Shown here piece by piece: positions 48,715 to 57,548 of a stretch of DNA of 64,000 nt (positions within the stretch are counted from its first letter, which is position 1; every line of letters begins with the position of its first letter). The position numbers and the translations under genes are program-made. The DNA comes from Bacillota bacterium (lineage in GTDB: Bacteria > Bacillota > JAAYKD01), in NCBI GenBank assembly GCA_963666425.2, contig OY762825.2, forward strand, positions 1,536,001-1,600,000. The letters run 5' to 3'. The notes under the pieces are model-generated. The model worked only from the letters and a program-made list of their open reading frames with translations. It made no database searches and was not told the origin of the DNA.

Positions 48715-49721
48715 GCCATCAGCTCCTGTCGATGCTGGTTCAGGTAGCGCATGGTGCTCGAGGGCACCATCAGCGCGATGTCGTCCCAGTCACTTTGGGT
48801 CAGTAAAGCACGCACGCGGCTGGCGCTGATGATACTGCCGTCTTGGGTCCGCTGGCGCGGGATGATTTCAACCGCAATCCCGGCCGCAGGCAGGATTTGC
48901 TGCATGCGCTCGTTATATTGCGCGGTCAGCGCATCCAGCGGTTCTTCACCGGCAAAGCGGCGGGAAATTGCCAGGGCCGGAGCCAAATAACGCGTAAAAA
49001 GCGTGAGATCCAAATCGATCTGCACCGCAGCGGCAACCCCGGCGCTTTTTAGAAAATAAGCGGGAAACAAGCCGGCTGCAATACTGTAGGGTCCGCCGGC
49101 ATGCATTTTCACCTTCGCTAAATGCGCTGTGCCTGCCTCCAACATCTGCCAACGAGCGGCAAAGGAAAAGAGAGGCTGTTCTGTCTGCAGCAATAAAACG
49201 TGAACCGTATCGCTGACCGCTGCCGCCGCTTCGATTAAGGCGAGATGGCCCAGCGTAAAGGGATTGCAGTTCATCACAATGCCTGAGCTGCAGCCAGGCT
49301 GTTTTGCTTTGGCAAGCGCCTGGCAAAAGCGAGCAATGCCGCGTTTTTCACTTTCTAAAAACAAGACATCGTCTGTGGCTGCCACAGCGGTAAAGGCCAG
49401 GTTTTGAAAAACGGCCAAATTTCGCGGTTTAGTAAAAACAAAAATGTTGTCGATGCCGCTGCTTTGCATTTGCTGACGCAGATGGGTCACCAGCTGATTA
49501 ATCAAGCCCAACCCTTCCGCTTCCGGTAAGACTGCGATACACTTCATGGTGTTGCCGCTGTAACCGCCGCCGGCTATGAGCTGCTCGCCGCAAAACAGGC
49601 CGGCGTAATAATCCAGCGCTTCACGGCGCAGCCCTGCTTGCCCGAGTAATTCATCGACCTGCTTTTGCACGGCAGGCAGCGACAGCGGCAGGCTGCGCAA
49701 TTCCGGCAGGCAATTCATCAT
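48705..49721 (-). CDS. citC: Citrate lyase ligase
   Basis: VMNCNPFTLGH, FPAYF, RFAGEEP and ISASRVR. Confidence 0.93.
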   Translation of the reverse strand: MMNCLPELRSLPLSLPAVQKQVDELLGQAGLRREALDYYAGLFCGEQLIAGGGYSGNTMKCIAVLPEAEGLGLINQLVTHLRQQMQSSGIDNIFVFTKPRNLAVFQNLAFTAVAATDDVLFLESEKRGIARFCQALAKAKQPGCSSGIVMNCNPFTLGHLALIEAAAAVSDTVHVLLLQTEQPLFSFAARWQMLEAGTAHLAKVKMHAGGPYSIAAGLFPAYFLKSAGVAAAVQIDLDLTLFTRYLAPALAISRRFAGEEPLDALTAQYNERMQQILPAAGIAVEIIPRQRTQDGSIISASRVRALLTQSDWDDIALMVPSSTMRYLNQHRQELMACV

Positions 49722-50239
49722 GTAATATCACCCATTTCAAAATGACTGACCATTTGTTCAATTTTAGCCAAAAGCTCCGCCAGAGGATGGCTGCGATTTC
49801 TGGCGCAGGCTGCCCCGTCTTCGGAGCAGAGCAAACACGGACGCGGCGGATACGCCAGTTCACGGCGGCCGATCTGTTTGCCATCCGCAGCAAAGACATC
49901 CAGATCGAACAAGCGGCCCAGCGCATGTTCGTTTTCAATCCGGCAGAGCGCCTGCTTGACCAGGAAAGCATCCGTTGGTAAAACAAAATAAGCCTCGCAG
50001 CCGGTCGCCCGGTAAATTTGCCGGCGATAACTGATCTGATCGGCAAAAACCGCTTCCACCGCAGCCAGCGCGGCGGCAAAGATAACTTCGCTGTGATGAT
50101 TCCGCTTAACCGGCCCCGGCAGATTGACGTTCAGGCAAATAAGAGTGGAGTGATAGGTCCGCAGCAGTTGCTGCTGCAGCAAAGCCCGTGCATCTCTTAC
50201 GCAAAGCATTTCACTCAAAGTCACCGCATGTTCAAGCAT
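49718..50239 (-). CDS. citX: Apo-citrate lyase phosphoribosyl-dephospho-CoA transferase
   Basis: PGPVK, GRLFDLDV and CARNRSH. Confidence 0.92.
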   Translation of the reverse strand: MLEHAVTLSEMLCVRDARALLQQQLLRTYHSTLICLNVNLPGPVKRNHHSEVIFAAALAAVEAVFADQISYRRQIYRATGCEAYFVLPTDAFLVKQALCRIENEHALGRLFDLDVFAADGKQIGRRELAYPPRPCLLCSEDGAACARNRSHPLAELLAKIEQMVSHFEMGDIT

Positions 50240-51698
50240 GCTCGTTCATTTGATGCACACGATCTATTACCGTACCGTCCGGTGCTGTTACGAGCGCCAC
50301 CACCCGCTCTGTAAAAGGCAAGGCATCCGGCTTGCCGGCAATTTGCTCCGCCAGATCTTTCAGCTGTTCGATGGTTGTTAACCGAATCCCGGCCGCTTGC
50401 AGCGTCTTCTGCAAGTCCGCTCGCAGCGGATTCACCGCCACACCGCGGTCAGTGACCAAAACATCGCAGTTTTTTCCCTCTGTACAAATGGTATTGACCT
50501 GCTGCACAACACAAGGAATGCGGCCACGCAGCAGAGGTGTGACCAGAACGGTCAGAGCCGCCCCGGCGGCGGTATCCGAATGTCCGCCGATGGCACCGCG
50601 AATGATCCCGTCCGAGCCGGTCAGTACGTTGACATTGAAGGCAGTATCCACCTCCAAAGCGGATAGAATCACCACATCCAACTGATGAATCAGCGAACCG
50701 GCATCAAAAGGATTAGCGTATTGATTGCCGTCTATTTCAAAATGATTGGCGTTGCTGCCCAATGACTGCGCCGCTTCCAGGTCGAAATCCTGGACGTCGA
50801 ACAATTGGCCAATCAAACCCTCTTCCTGTAGATGAACCATCTGCGCCGTAATGCCGCCCAAGGCAAAGCGCGCCTTGACCCCTTGCTCCAGCATCGCTTC
50901 TTTTAGAAAACGGGTAACGGCCAGGGCTGCCCCACCGCTGCCTGTCTGCAAAGAAAAGCCATCCTGAAAATAACCGGAAGCAATGATTACCTGCGCCGCG
51001 CGCTCGGCAATCAGCAAATCGCGGGGGTTTTGGCTGAAACGGGTCGCCCCGCTGGATATTTTGGCGGAATCACCGATGGAATCGAGCAAGACTACGCAGT
51101 CTACTTCGCTCGACGGGATACTCGGCGCAGCGAGGGGAGCAGCAACCAAGTAATTGGTCAGGATCACCGTTTTTTTCGCATAGTGTGCATCCACTTTGGC
51201 ATAACCCAGGCTGCCGCAGATATCGACGCCTTCGCTCTGGTTACGCAGCACGCCGGCAGCATTGCCATAAACATCCGCCACGCTGGCACCTAAAAAGGCA
51301 ATATCAATTGGCAGGCGGCCATCGGCAATGGCTGCCGCCCGTCCGCCATGACTGCGGAAAACAACCGGTTCACTTAAAAGACCATGCGAAATCGCCTCGG
51401 CCAGTTTGCCGCGGCAACCCGAGCTTTCCATATGCGTCACTACGCCATTTTTGATATGTTCAAGCAAAGGCGCATGCACATCGGTCAGCGAGCTAGGCGC
51501 CAATTTCAGGTCATGGAAGCCCATTTTGGCAATCACCGCCATAACTTGATTTAAAACCTGATCACCTTCCCGAAAATGATGGTGAAATGAGATCGTCATA
51601 CCGTCCTGCAGTCCCATCTGTTGGATGGCCTGCTCGAGCGAGGCAGCCAATTTATCCGGCCGTTTTTCAACGACGGTATGCTCAGAAACTTTGTTCAT
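50232..51698 (-). CDS. citF: Citrate lyase alpha subunit
   Basis: GMTISFHHHFR, RSHGGR, QTGSGG and GGHSDTA. Confidence 0.95.
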   Translation of the reverse strand: MNKVSEHTVVEKRPDKLAASLEQAIQQMGLQDGMTISFHHHFREGDQVLNQVMAVIAKMGFHDLKLAPSSLTDVHAPLLEHIKNGVVTHMESSGCRGKLAEAISHGLLSEPVVFRSHGGRAAAIADGRLPIDIAFLGASVADVYGNAAGVLRNQSEGVDICGSLGYAKVDAHYAKKTVILTNYLVAAPLAAPSIPSSEVDCVVLLDSIGDSAKISSGATRFSQNPRDLLIAERAAQVIIASGYFQDGFSLQTGSGGAALAVTRFLKEAMLEQGVKARFALGGITAQMVHLQEEGLIGQLFDVQDFDLEAAQSLGSNANHFEIDGNQYANPFDAGSLIHQLDVVILSALEVDTAFNVNVLTGSDGIIRGAIGGHSDTAAGAALTVLVTPLLRGRIPCVVQQVNTICTEGKNCDVLVTDRGVAVNPLRADLQKTLQAAGIRLTTIEQLKDLAEQIAGKPDALPFTERVVALVTAPDGTVIDRVHQMNEHA

Positions 51699-52601
51699 TT
51701 ACAGCGCCTCCGATGCTTTGATCACGCCGGCAGCAGCAGCCAGCTGCAGCACATGCTGCGCCCGCAGCACAACCGGCCGATCAATCATTTTACCATTCAG
51801 GCTGATCACACCGCTGCCCCGCGCCTCCGCTTCCTGCAATGCCGCGATGATCCGCTGCGCCTGCTCCACTTCCGGCTTCGTCGGTGTAAAAATACGATGA
51901 ATCGGCTGAATTTGTCTGGGATGAATCACCGATTTGCCGTCAAAACCAAGATTCTTGATCAATCTGGTTTCATAAATCAACTGCTCCTCATTATTGAGAT
52001 CAGAATAGACCGTATCCAAAGCAGCAATACCGGCTGCCCGGGCGGCCAGGACAATCGTCTGACGTGCCAATTGCAGTTCGGCTCCGCTCGCCGTACGTTG
52101 GCAGCGCAAATCCGCACAGAAATCCTCCGCACCCAAAGCAATGCCAATCAAGCGCGGCGAAGCGACTGCGATGGCATAAGCTTCGATCACCCCGCGCGCG
52201 CTTTCAATGGCAGCCATCATCAGCGTAGAACCAATGGGGCGATGGTGCTTTGCTTCCATTTCCGCAATCACCTGCTCGCAATCCCGCACATCCTGCGCTG
52301 TTTCTGTTTTGGGCATGCGCAGCACATCAACACCGGCGCAGACCATGGCCTCAATATCCTGACGGCCAAAGGGCGTACTGAGCGGATTGATCCGCACCAC
52401 CAGCTCAACGCCTCCGTAATCGATGGTTCGTAACGCCTCGTAAACCAATTGGCGGGCAGCATCTTTTTCGGATAAGGAAACGGAATCTTCCAGATCAAAC
52501 ATCAGCGCATCGGCTCCGTAAATCTGCGCATCCCGAATCATACCGGGTTGATTGCCGGGGATAAACATCATGGTGCGGCGCAGTCTAGACTTCTCCGTCA
52601 T
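51699..52601 (-). CDS. citE: Citrate lyase beta subunit
   Basis: RRTMMF, FDLEDSV, LGAEDF and GKSVIHPRQ. Confidence 0.95.
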   Translation of the reverse strand: MTEKSRLRRTMMFIPGNQPGMIRDAQIYGADALMFDLEDSVSLSEKDAARQLVYEALRTIDYGGVELVVRINPLSTPFGRQDIEAMVCAGVDVLRMPKTETAQDVRDCEQVIAEMEAKHHRPIGSTLMMAAIESARGVIEAYAIAVASPRLIGIALGAEDFCADLRCQRTASGAELQLARQTIVLAARAAGIAALDTVYSDLNNEEQLIYETRLIKNLGFDGKSVIHPRQIQPIHRIFTPTKPEVEQAQRIIAALQEAEARGSGVISLNGKMIDRPVVLRAQHVLQLAAAAGVIKASEAL

Positions 52602-52899
52602 CTTGCTGCCTCCCTTGCCATGAAAATTCTGTGCACTCACTAGCCCGCAGGACCGCCGTGGTCAGACGGGCCCGGATCGCACAGTCCAGCGCGCCTTTAT
52701 CGGTGGCCGTCACCAGAGCAGAAAATATCTGTAGCGCCGCCAGTGTTTCTGTGATCGTCAGCCGAATTTGGCGGCCATAAAGCCGTTCCACACTGCTGGT
52801 CAAATCGATTTCAATACCATTGCCTTGATTCGGCTCGATCTCGATCAGAATATCCCCCGATTCCAAGGTCCCGGCTGTCGCTTTTTTACTTAATTGCAT
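52585..52899 (-). CDS. citD: Citrate lyase acyl carrier protein
   Basis: AGTLESGD and DKGALDC. Confidence 0.95.
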   Translation of the reverse strand: MQLSKKATAGTLESGDILIEIEPNQGNGIEIDLTSSVERLYGRQIRLTITETLAALQIFSALVTATDKGALDCAIRARLTTAVLRASECTEFSWQGRQQDDGEV

Positions 52900-52959
52900 T
52901 TTCTCAACTCCAAATCAATCGATTGTTTGAGGACTTTAAAAAGCGATTCGCTTGCTGAT

Positions 52960-53787
52960 TTATGCTAAGAGACCGAAATAAACCAAAACGGCAATACCCA
53001 GAACAATTCGATACCAACCGAAAACGGCAAAATCATTTTTCTGAATATAGCGCATCAGAAAACGAATGGCCAAGAGGGAAACCACAAAAGCCACAATCGT
53101 ACCGACCGCCAGAATCGCCCACTCGGTTTGCGTCAGGACAAAGCCAAATTTCAAAATGCGCAGGGCACTGGCACCCAGCATGACCGGAATGGCCATAAAG
53201 AAAGAAAACTCCGCCGCAATGGTGCGGGAAGCGCCCAGCAGCATACCGCCTAAAATTGTCGCTCCGGAGCGGGAGGTGCCGGGAACCAAGGCCAGGACCT
53301 GAAAGATACCCATCAAGGCGGCAGTGCCGTAGCCGAAGTGATCCATCTTGCGAATCTTTGCCTGCCGCGATTTGTTGCGCCGCTCCAAAACAATAAACAG
53401 CACACCGTAGACAATCAGCATGATCGCCACCGTCAGATAGCCGCTGAGCTTTGCTTCTACCCAATCATTAAACAAAAGTCCAATGATCCCCGCCGGAACG
53501 GAAGCCACAAAAACCTTCAGCCATAACTCGATTGTCTCTTTGCGTTCGCGCTTGGATTTACTGAGAGCAAAAGGATTCAAACGATTAAAATAAAGTACAA
53601 TGACAGCCAAAATAGAGCCCAACTGCACAACTACCAGGAACATATTCATAAAGGTCGCCGACACATTCAAATGCATCAACTCGTCCAATAAAATCATATG
53701 TCCGGTGCTACTGACCGGCAGCCATTCCGTAACGCCCTGCACAAGCCCCAAGAGCGCTGCTTTCGCAATTTCCAACCAATTCATCAT
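52960..53787 (-). CDS. uppP: Undecaprenyl-diphosphatase (BacA)
   Basis: [26 protein letters not shown] and FGWYRI. Confidence 0.95.
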   Translation of the reverse strand: MMNWLEIAKAALLGLVQGVTEWLPVSSTGHMILLDELMHLNVSATFMNMFLVVVQLGSILAVIVLYFNRLNPFALSKSKRERKETIELWLKVFVASVPAGIIGLLFNDWVEAKLSGYLTVAIMLIVYGVLFIVLERRNKSRQAKIRKMDHFGYGTAALMGIFQVLALVPGTSRSGATILGGMLLGASRTIAAEFSFFMAIPVMLGASALRILKFGFVLTQTEWAILAVGTIVAFVVSLLAIRFLMRYIQKNDFAVFGWYRIVLGIAVLVYFGLLA

Positions 53788-53844
53788 AAACCGCCTCCCT
53801 TAATACGATTATTTTAGCACGTTACCAGGCTTTTTACCATGACT

Positions 53845-53864
53845 ATTTCGTAATATTACGAAAT
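53845..53864. promoter_or_regulatory. Perfect 20-bp palindrome, candidate operator
   Basis: ATTTCGTAAT/ATTACGAAAT about 60 bp upstream of uppP. Confidence 0.45.
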
Positions 53865-53972
53865 TGATATCATTTTCCACTGTGTAGGAATTATTACGCC
53901 CTTTGAAGAAATGATCAAGCAATTGGCGGGAAGAGGAAGCGTCCGCAACCTGTCAAAGAAGGAAGCACCCGC

Positions 53973-54168
53973 TCAAGTACATTGGGCAGAACCAACAAAA
54001 TAGATAGGTAGACCGATCAAGCACACTGGGCAAAACCAACAAAATGTAGAAGCAAACCGATCAAACACATTGGCCGAACCAACAAAAATATAAAGCAAAC
54101 CGATCAAGCGCATTGGGCAGAACCAACAATAATATAAAGCAAGCCGATGAAGCACATTGGGCAGATGT
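53973..54168 (+). repeat. Degenerate ~44-bp tandem repeat (about 4.3 copies)
   Basis: ACATTGGGCAGAACCAACAAAATA...CCGATCAAGC units ending in GGGCAGATGT-AG at the IS end. Confidence 0.9.
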
Positions 54169-54203
54169 AGCCAGCTATCAAACGTCAAGTGGCAAAACGA
54201 AAA

Positions 54204-55376
54204 TTATATTCTGGGAACATAAGGCTTTTTATCCCTTAAAACAGCAAAAACAATGTTGCATAATTTATGTGTAACAGCTCCAATTGCCGTCATATAATCT
54301 TTTCCTTCGTCGCGTTTCTTCTGGTAAAAAGCAGACATGACCGGATCTTTTTGCGCGGCAACCGTTGCGGCATTCCAGAGCGCTCTGCGCAGATAAGGTG
54401 AGCCTCGCTTCGACATCGTGTTGTGCGTTGAAGTGAAATTACCGGATTGCTTAATCGAAGGGTCAATACCGGCAAATGCCGCCAGTTTCTTTGGATTTTC
54501 GAAATTATCAATATTGCCGATTTCCGAGTAGATCACCGCAGCCGAGGTGACTCCAACACCAATAATGGTATCCAGATAGCATTCACATTGGGAATAGATC
54601 TGCTCAATCTTATTCTCAATTGCGTCAATCTGTTCTTCAATGAATTGAATCAGATCCACGGTTTGGTGTAATTCAAAGCATAGAGCAGCGTTCGCTCTAT
54701 TCACACCAACAGTGTGTCTGCAGGCGCTGCGGATCTCCAGCGCTTTTTCCTCACCGAAACTGCCGCGGGAATGCTTCGCTAAAAAATCAGCCAACCGCTT
54801 TGTGCCGAGCTTCAGAATGGCATCCGGTGACGGATACTTGCTGAGCAACTCCAGCGAAGTTTTACCGAAAATATTGGAAAACAGCTTGTGATATTCCGGA
54901 AAAAGGTGATCCAGCACGCCAATTACATGGTTTTTGTGCTTTGCAATCTCATCAACCAGAGAACAGCGGAAACGGCATAACTCGCGTAAATTCTGGACAT
55001 CCTCCGTTTGTACCGCTACGTCGGAATAACGTCCCATGCGGATCACATCCGCGATATAACCGCAATCCACCGTATCCGTCTTGGTTTTACGGACAGACAT
55101 GCGCCGTATGGCGTCGGTGAGCAGGGGATTGACCACATGCAATTCAATTCCTAAATCGAGTAAAACACAATAAAAATTCAGCCAGTAATGACCGGTGGCT
55201 TCCATGCCGACGCAAATTGCATCTTGCTTTTGGTAAAGAGCGACCTTCTGCAAAAACAATTGAAAGCCCTCTTCGGAATTTTCAAATGCAAACGAGGGAG
55301 CCAGCGCTTGACCACTGGCGTCCACCGCGATCACCTGGTGACGGAATTTACCGATGTCTACGCCAAAAGTAATCAT
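54204..55376 (-). CDS. IS110-family transposase/recombinase
   Basis: About 99% identical to copy 1; motifs intact. Confidence 0.97.
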   Translation of the reverse strand: MITFGVDIGKFRHQVIAVDASGQALAPSFAFENSEEGFQLFLQKVALYQKQDAICVGMEATGHYWLNFYCVLLDLGIELHVVNPLLTDAIRRMSVRKTKTDTVDCGYIADVIRMGRYSDVAVQTEDVQNLRELCRFRCSLVDEIAKHKNHVIGVLDHLFPEYHKLFSNIFGKTSLELLSKYPSPDAILKLGTKRLADFLAKHSRGSFGEEKALEIRSACRHTVGVNRANAALCFELHQTVDLIQFIEEQIDAIENKIEQIYSQCECYLDTIIGVGVTSAAVIYSEIGNIDNFENPKKLAAFAGIDPSIKQSGNFTSTHNTMSKRGSPYLRRALWNAATVAAQKDPVMSAFYQKKRDEGKDYMTAIGAVTHKLCNIVFAVLRDKKPYVPRI

Positions 55377-55433
55377 TTACAGCAACTCCTCAAACTGGAA
55401 TGCGGCAAAGGATGATCTCTCTGACGCTGACAG

Positions 55434-55650
55434 CTGCAACCTCGCGTGAAATACAAGGATTTTACCCTATCCAGCCAATACGCAGATTTCTGTCAGATCA
55501 GAGGCAACACTCTACATCACAGGAACGATTCCCAGGGAACAGTACGTTGACCTCTGCCTGACAAAATTATACCACAAAGGGCAAACCCCTTGGATACCTA
55601 AAGAGTGGCTTTGGCTCGCTTCCTGTACCCCGTAAATGAGTTACCTTGGC
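55434..55650 (-). ncRNA. Predicted bridge RNA of IS110 copy 3
   Basis: Guide loops identical to copy 1. Confidence 0.85.
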
Positions 55651-55668
55651 ACTACTAGTATATACGAG

Positions 55669-55754
55669 GGAACAGTCTTGACTGTTCCGAACGCATCGCA
55701 TCAGTCAGCTTGATATGCTTATGGGTGCGCGGAATGGTCAAGACCATTCCCTAC
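55669..55754. repeat. Inverted REP doublet (REPIN/BIME-like), left GTAG split by IS copy 3
   Basis: GGAACAGTC-TT-GACTGTTCC, 42-bp spacer, GGAATGGTC-AA-GACCATTCC-CTAC. Confidence 0.88.
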
Positions 55755-55807
55755 CTTGCACAATGTTTATAACAAATCTGCAATGGTATGCATATTAACG
55801 CCAAGTC

Positions 55808-55866
55808 ACATTGGGCAGAACCAACAAAATAGATTGGCAACCCGATCAAACACATTGGGCAAATGT
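55808..55866 (+). repeat. ~44-bp repeat (about 1.3 copies)
   Basis: Same unit as 53973-54168, abutting IS copy 4. Confidence 0.85.
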
Positions 55867-55901
55867 AGCCAGCTATCAAACGTCAAGTGGCAAAACGAAA
55901 A

Positions 55902-57074
55902 TTATATTCTGGGAACATAAGGCTTTTTATCCCTTAAAACAGCAAAAACAATGTTGCATAATTTATGTGTAACAGCTCCAATTGCCGTCATATAATCTTT
56001 TCCTTCGTCGCGTTTCTTCTGGTAAAAAGCAGACATGACCGGATCTTTTTGCGCGGCAACCGTTGCGGCATTCCAGAGCGCTCTGCGCAGATAAGGTGAG
56101 CCTCGCTTCGACATCGTGTTGTGCGTTGAAGTGAAATTACCGGATTGCTTAATCGAAGGGTCAATACCGGCAAATGCCGCCAGTTTCTTTGGATTTTCGA
56201 AATTATCAATATTGCCGATTTCCGAGTAGATCACCGCAGCCGAGGTGACTCCAACACCAATAATGGTATCCAGATAGCATTCACATTGGGAATAGATCTG
56301 CTCAATCTTATTCTCAATTGCGTCAATCTGTTCTTCAATGAATTGAATCAGATCCACGGTTTGGTGTAATTCAAAGCATAGAGCAGCGTTCGCTCTATTC
56401 ACACCAACAGTGTGTCTGCAGGCGCTGCGGATCTCCAGCGCTTTTTCCTCACCGAAACTGCCGCGGGAATGCTTCGCTAAAAAATCAGCCAACCGCTTTG
56501 TGCCGAGCTTCAGAATGGCATCCGGTGACGGATACTTGCTGAGCAACTCCAGCGAAGTTTTACCGAAAATATTGGAAAACAGCTTGTGATATTCCGGAAA
56601 AAGGTGATCCAGCACGCCAATTACATGGTTTTTGTGCTTTGCAATCTCATCAACCAGAGAACAGCGGAAACGGCATAACTCGCGTAAATTCTGGACATCC
56701 TCCGTTTGTACCGCTACGTCGGAATAACGTCCCATGCGGATCACATCCGCGATATAACCGCAATCCACCGTATCCGTCTTGGTTTTACGGACAGACATGC
56801 GCCGTATGGCGTCGGTGAGCAGGGGATTGACCACATGCAATTCAATTCCTAAATCGAGTAAAACACAATAAAAATTCAGCCAGTAATGACCGGTGGCTTC
56901 CATGCCGACGCAAATTGCATCTTGCTTTTGGTAAAGAGCGACCTTCTGCAAAAACAATTGAAAGCCCTCTTCGGAATTTTCAAATGCAAACGAGGGAGCC
57001 AGCGCTTGACCACTGGCGTCCACCGCGATCGCCTGGTGACGGAATTTACCGATGTCTACGCCAAAAGTAATCAT
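55902..57074 (-). CDS. IS110-family transposase/recombinase
   Basis: Differs from copy 3 by one residue (A vs V at position 15). Confidence 0.97.
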   Translation of the reverse strand: MITFGVDIGKFRHQAIAVDASGQALAPSFAFENSEEGFQLFLQKVALYQKQDAICVGMEATGHYWLNFYCVLLDLGIELHVVNPLLTDAIRRMSVRKTKTDTVDCGYIADVIRMGRYSDVAVQTEDVQNLRELCRFRCSLVDEIAKHKNHVIGVLDHLFPEYHKLFSNIFGKTSLELLSKYPSPDAILKLGTKRLADFLAKHSRGSFGEEKALEIRSACRHTVGVNRANAALCFELHQTVDLIQFIEEQIDAIENKIEQIYSQCECYLDTIIGVGVTSAAVIYSEIGNIDNFENPKKLAAFAGIDPSIKQSGNFTSTHNTMSKRGSPYLRRALWNAATVAAQKDPVMSAFYQKKRDEGKDYMTAIGAVTHKLCNIVFAVLRDKKPYVPRI

Positions 57075-57131
57075 TTACAGCAACTCCTCAAACTGGAATG
57101 CGGCAAAGGATGATCTCTCTGACGCTGACAG

Positions 57132-57348
57132 CTGCAACCTCGCGTGAAATACAAGGATTTTACCCTATCCAGCCAATACGCAGATTTCTGTCAGATCAGA
57201 GGCAACACTCTACATCACAGGAACGATTCCCAGGGAACAGTACGTTGACCTCTGCCTGACAAAATTATACCACAAAGGGCAAACCCCTTGGATACCTAAA
57301 GAGTGGCTTTGGCTCGCTTCCTGTACCCCGTAAATGAGTTACCTTGGC
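57132..57348 (-). ncRNA. Predicted bridge RNA of IS110 copy 4
   Basis: Guide loops identical to copy 1. Confidence 0.85.
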
Positions 57349-57366
57349 ACTACTAGTATATACGAG

Positions 57367-57449
57367 GGAACAGTCTTGACTGTTCCGCAACGTATCGCAC
57401 AAGTAAACCTAATATGTCTATGAACACGCGGAATGGTCAAGACCATTCC
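57367..57449. repeat. Second inverted REP doublet
   Basis: Same two hairpins with a diverged 43-bp spacer; the second hairpin lacks the following CTAC. Confidence 0.85.
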
Positions 57450-57456
57450 GCGCATC

Positions 57457-57540
57457 TATACTAGTCGTGCCAAGGTAACTCATTGACAGGGTACAAGAAA
57501 CGAGTCAGAGCAACTCTTTTTAGGTATCCAAGCGGGTTGA
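57457..57540 (+). mobile_element. Truncated left-end relic of a related IS110
   Basis: Aligns by eye to 1842-1922 with about 9 substitutions and a 2-nt indel. Confidence 0.8.
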
Positions 57541-57548
57541 AGGAGCTC

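Larger units (their letters stand above)
54169..55668 (-). mobile_element. IS110-family element, copy 3
   Basis: 1,500 bp; CT core at both ends; reconstructed target GACTGTTCC-CT-ACATCTG. Confidence 0.95.
55867..57366 (-). mobile_element. IS110-family element, copy 4
   Basis: 1,500 bp; CT cores; reconstructed target GACTGTTCC-CT-ACATTTG. Confidence 0.95.

Noticed and set aside
51621-52433. 270-aa antisense ORF over citE
   Set aside because: A shadow ORF opposite a well-supported gene.
5607-54168. A 48-kb composite transposon or past inversion between the inverted IS pairs
   Set aside because: The interval holds housekeeping genes, and each IS has matching left and right flanks from its own repeat family, so there is no flank exchange.
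53973-54188. 71-aa ORF or mini-CRISPR over the 44-bp repeats
   Set aside because: The units are contiguous degenerate tandem repeats without unique spacers, and the ORF starts inside the IS end.
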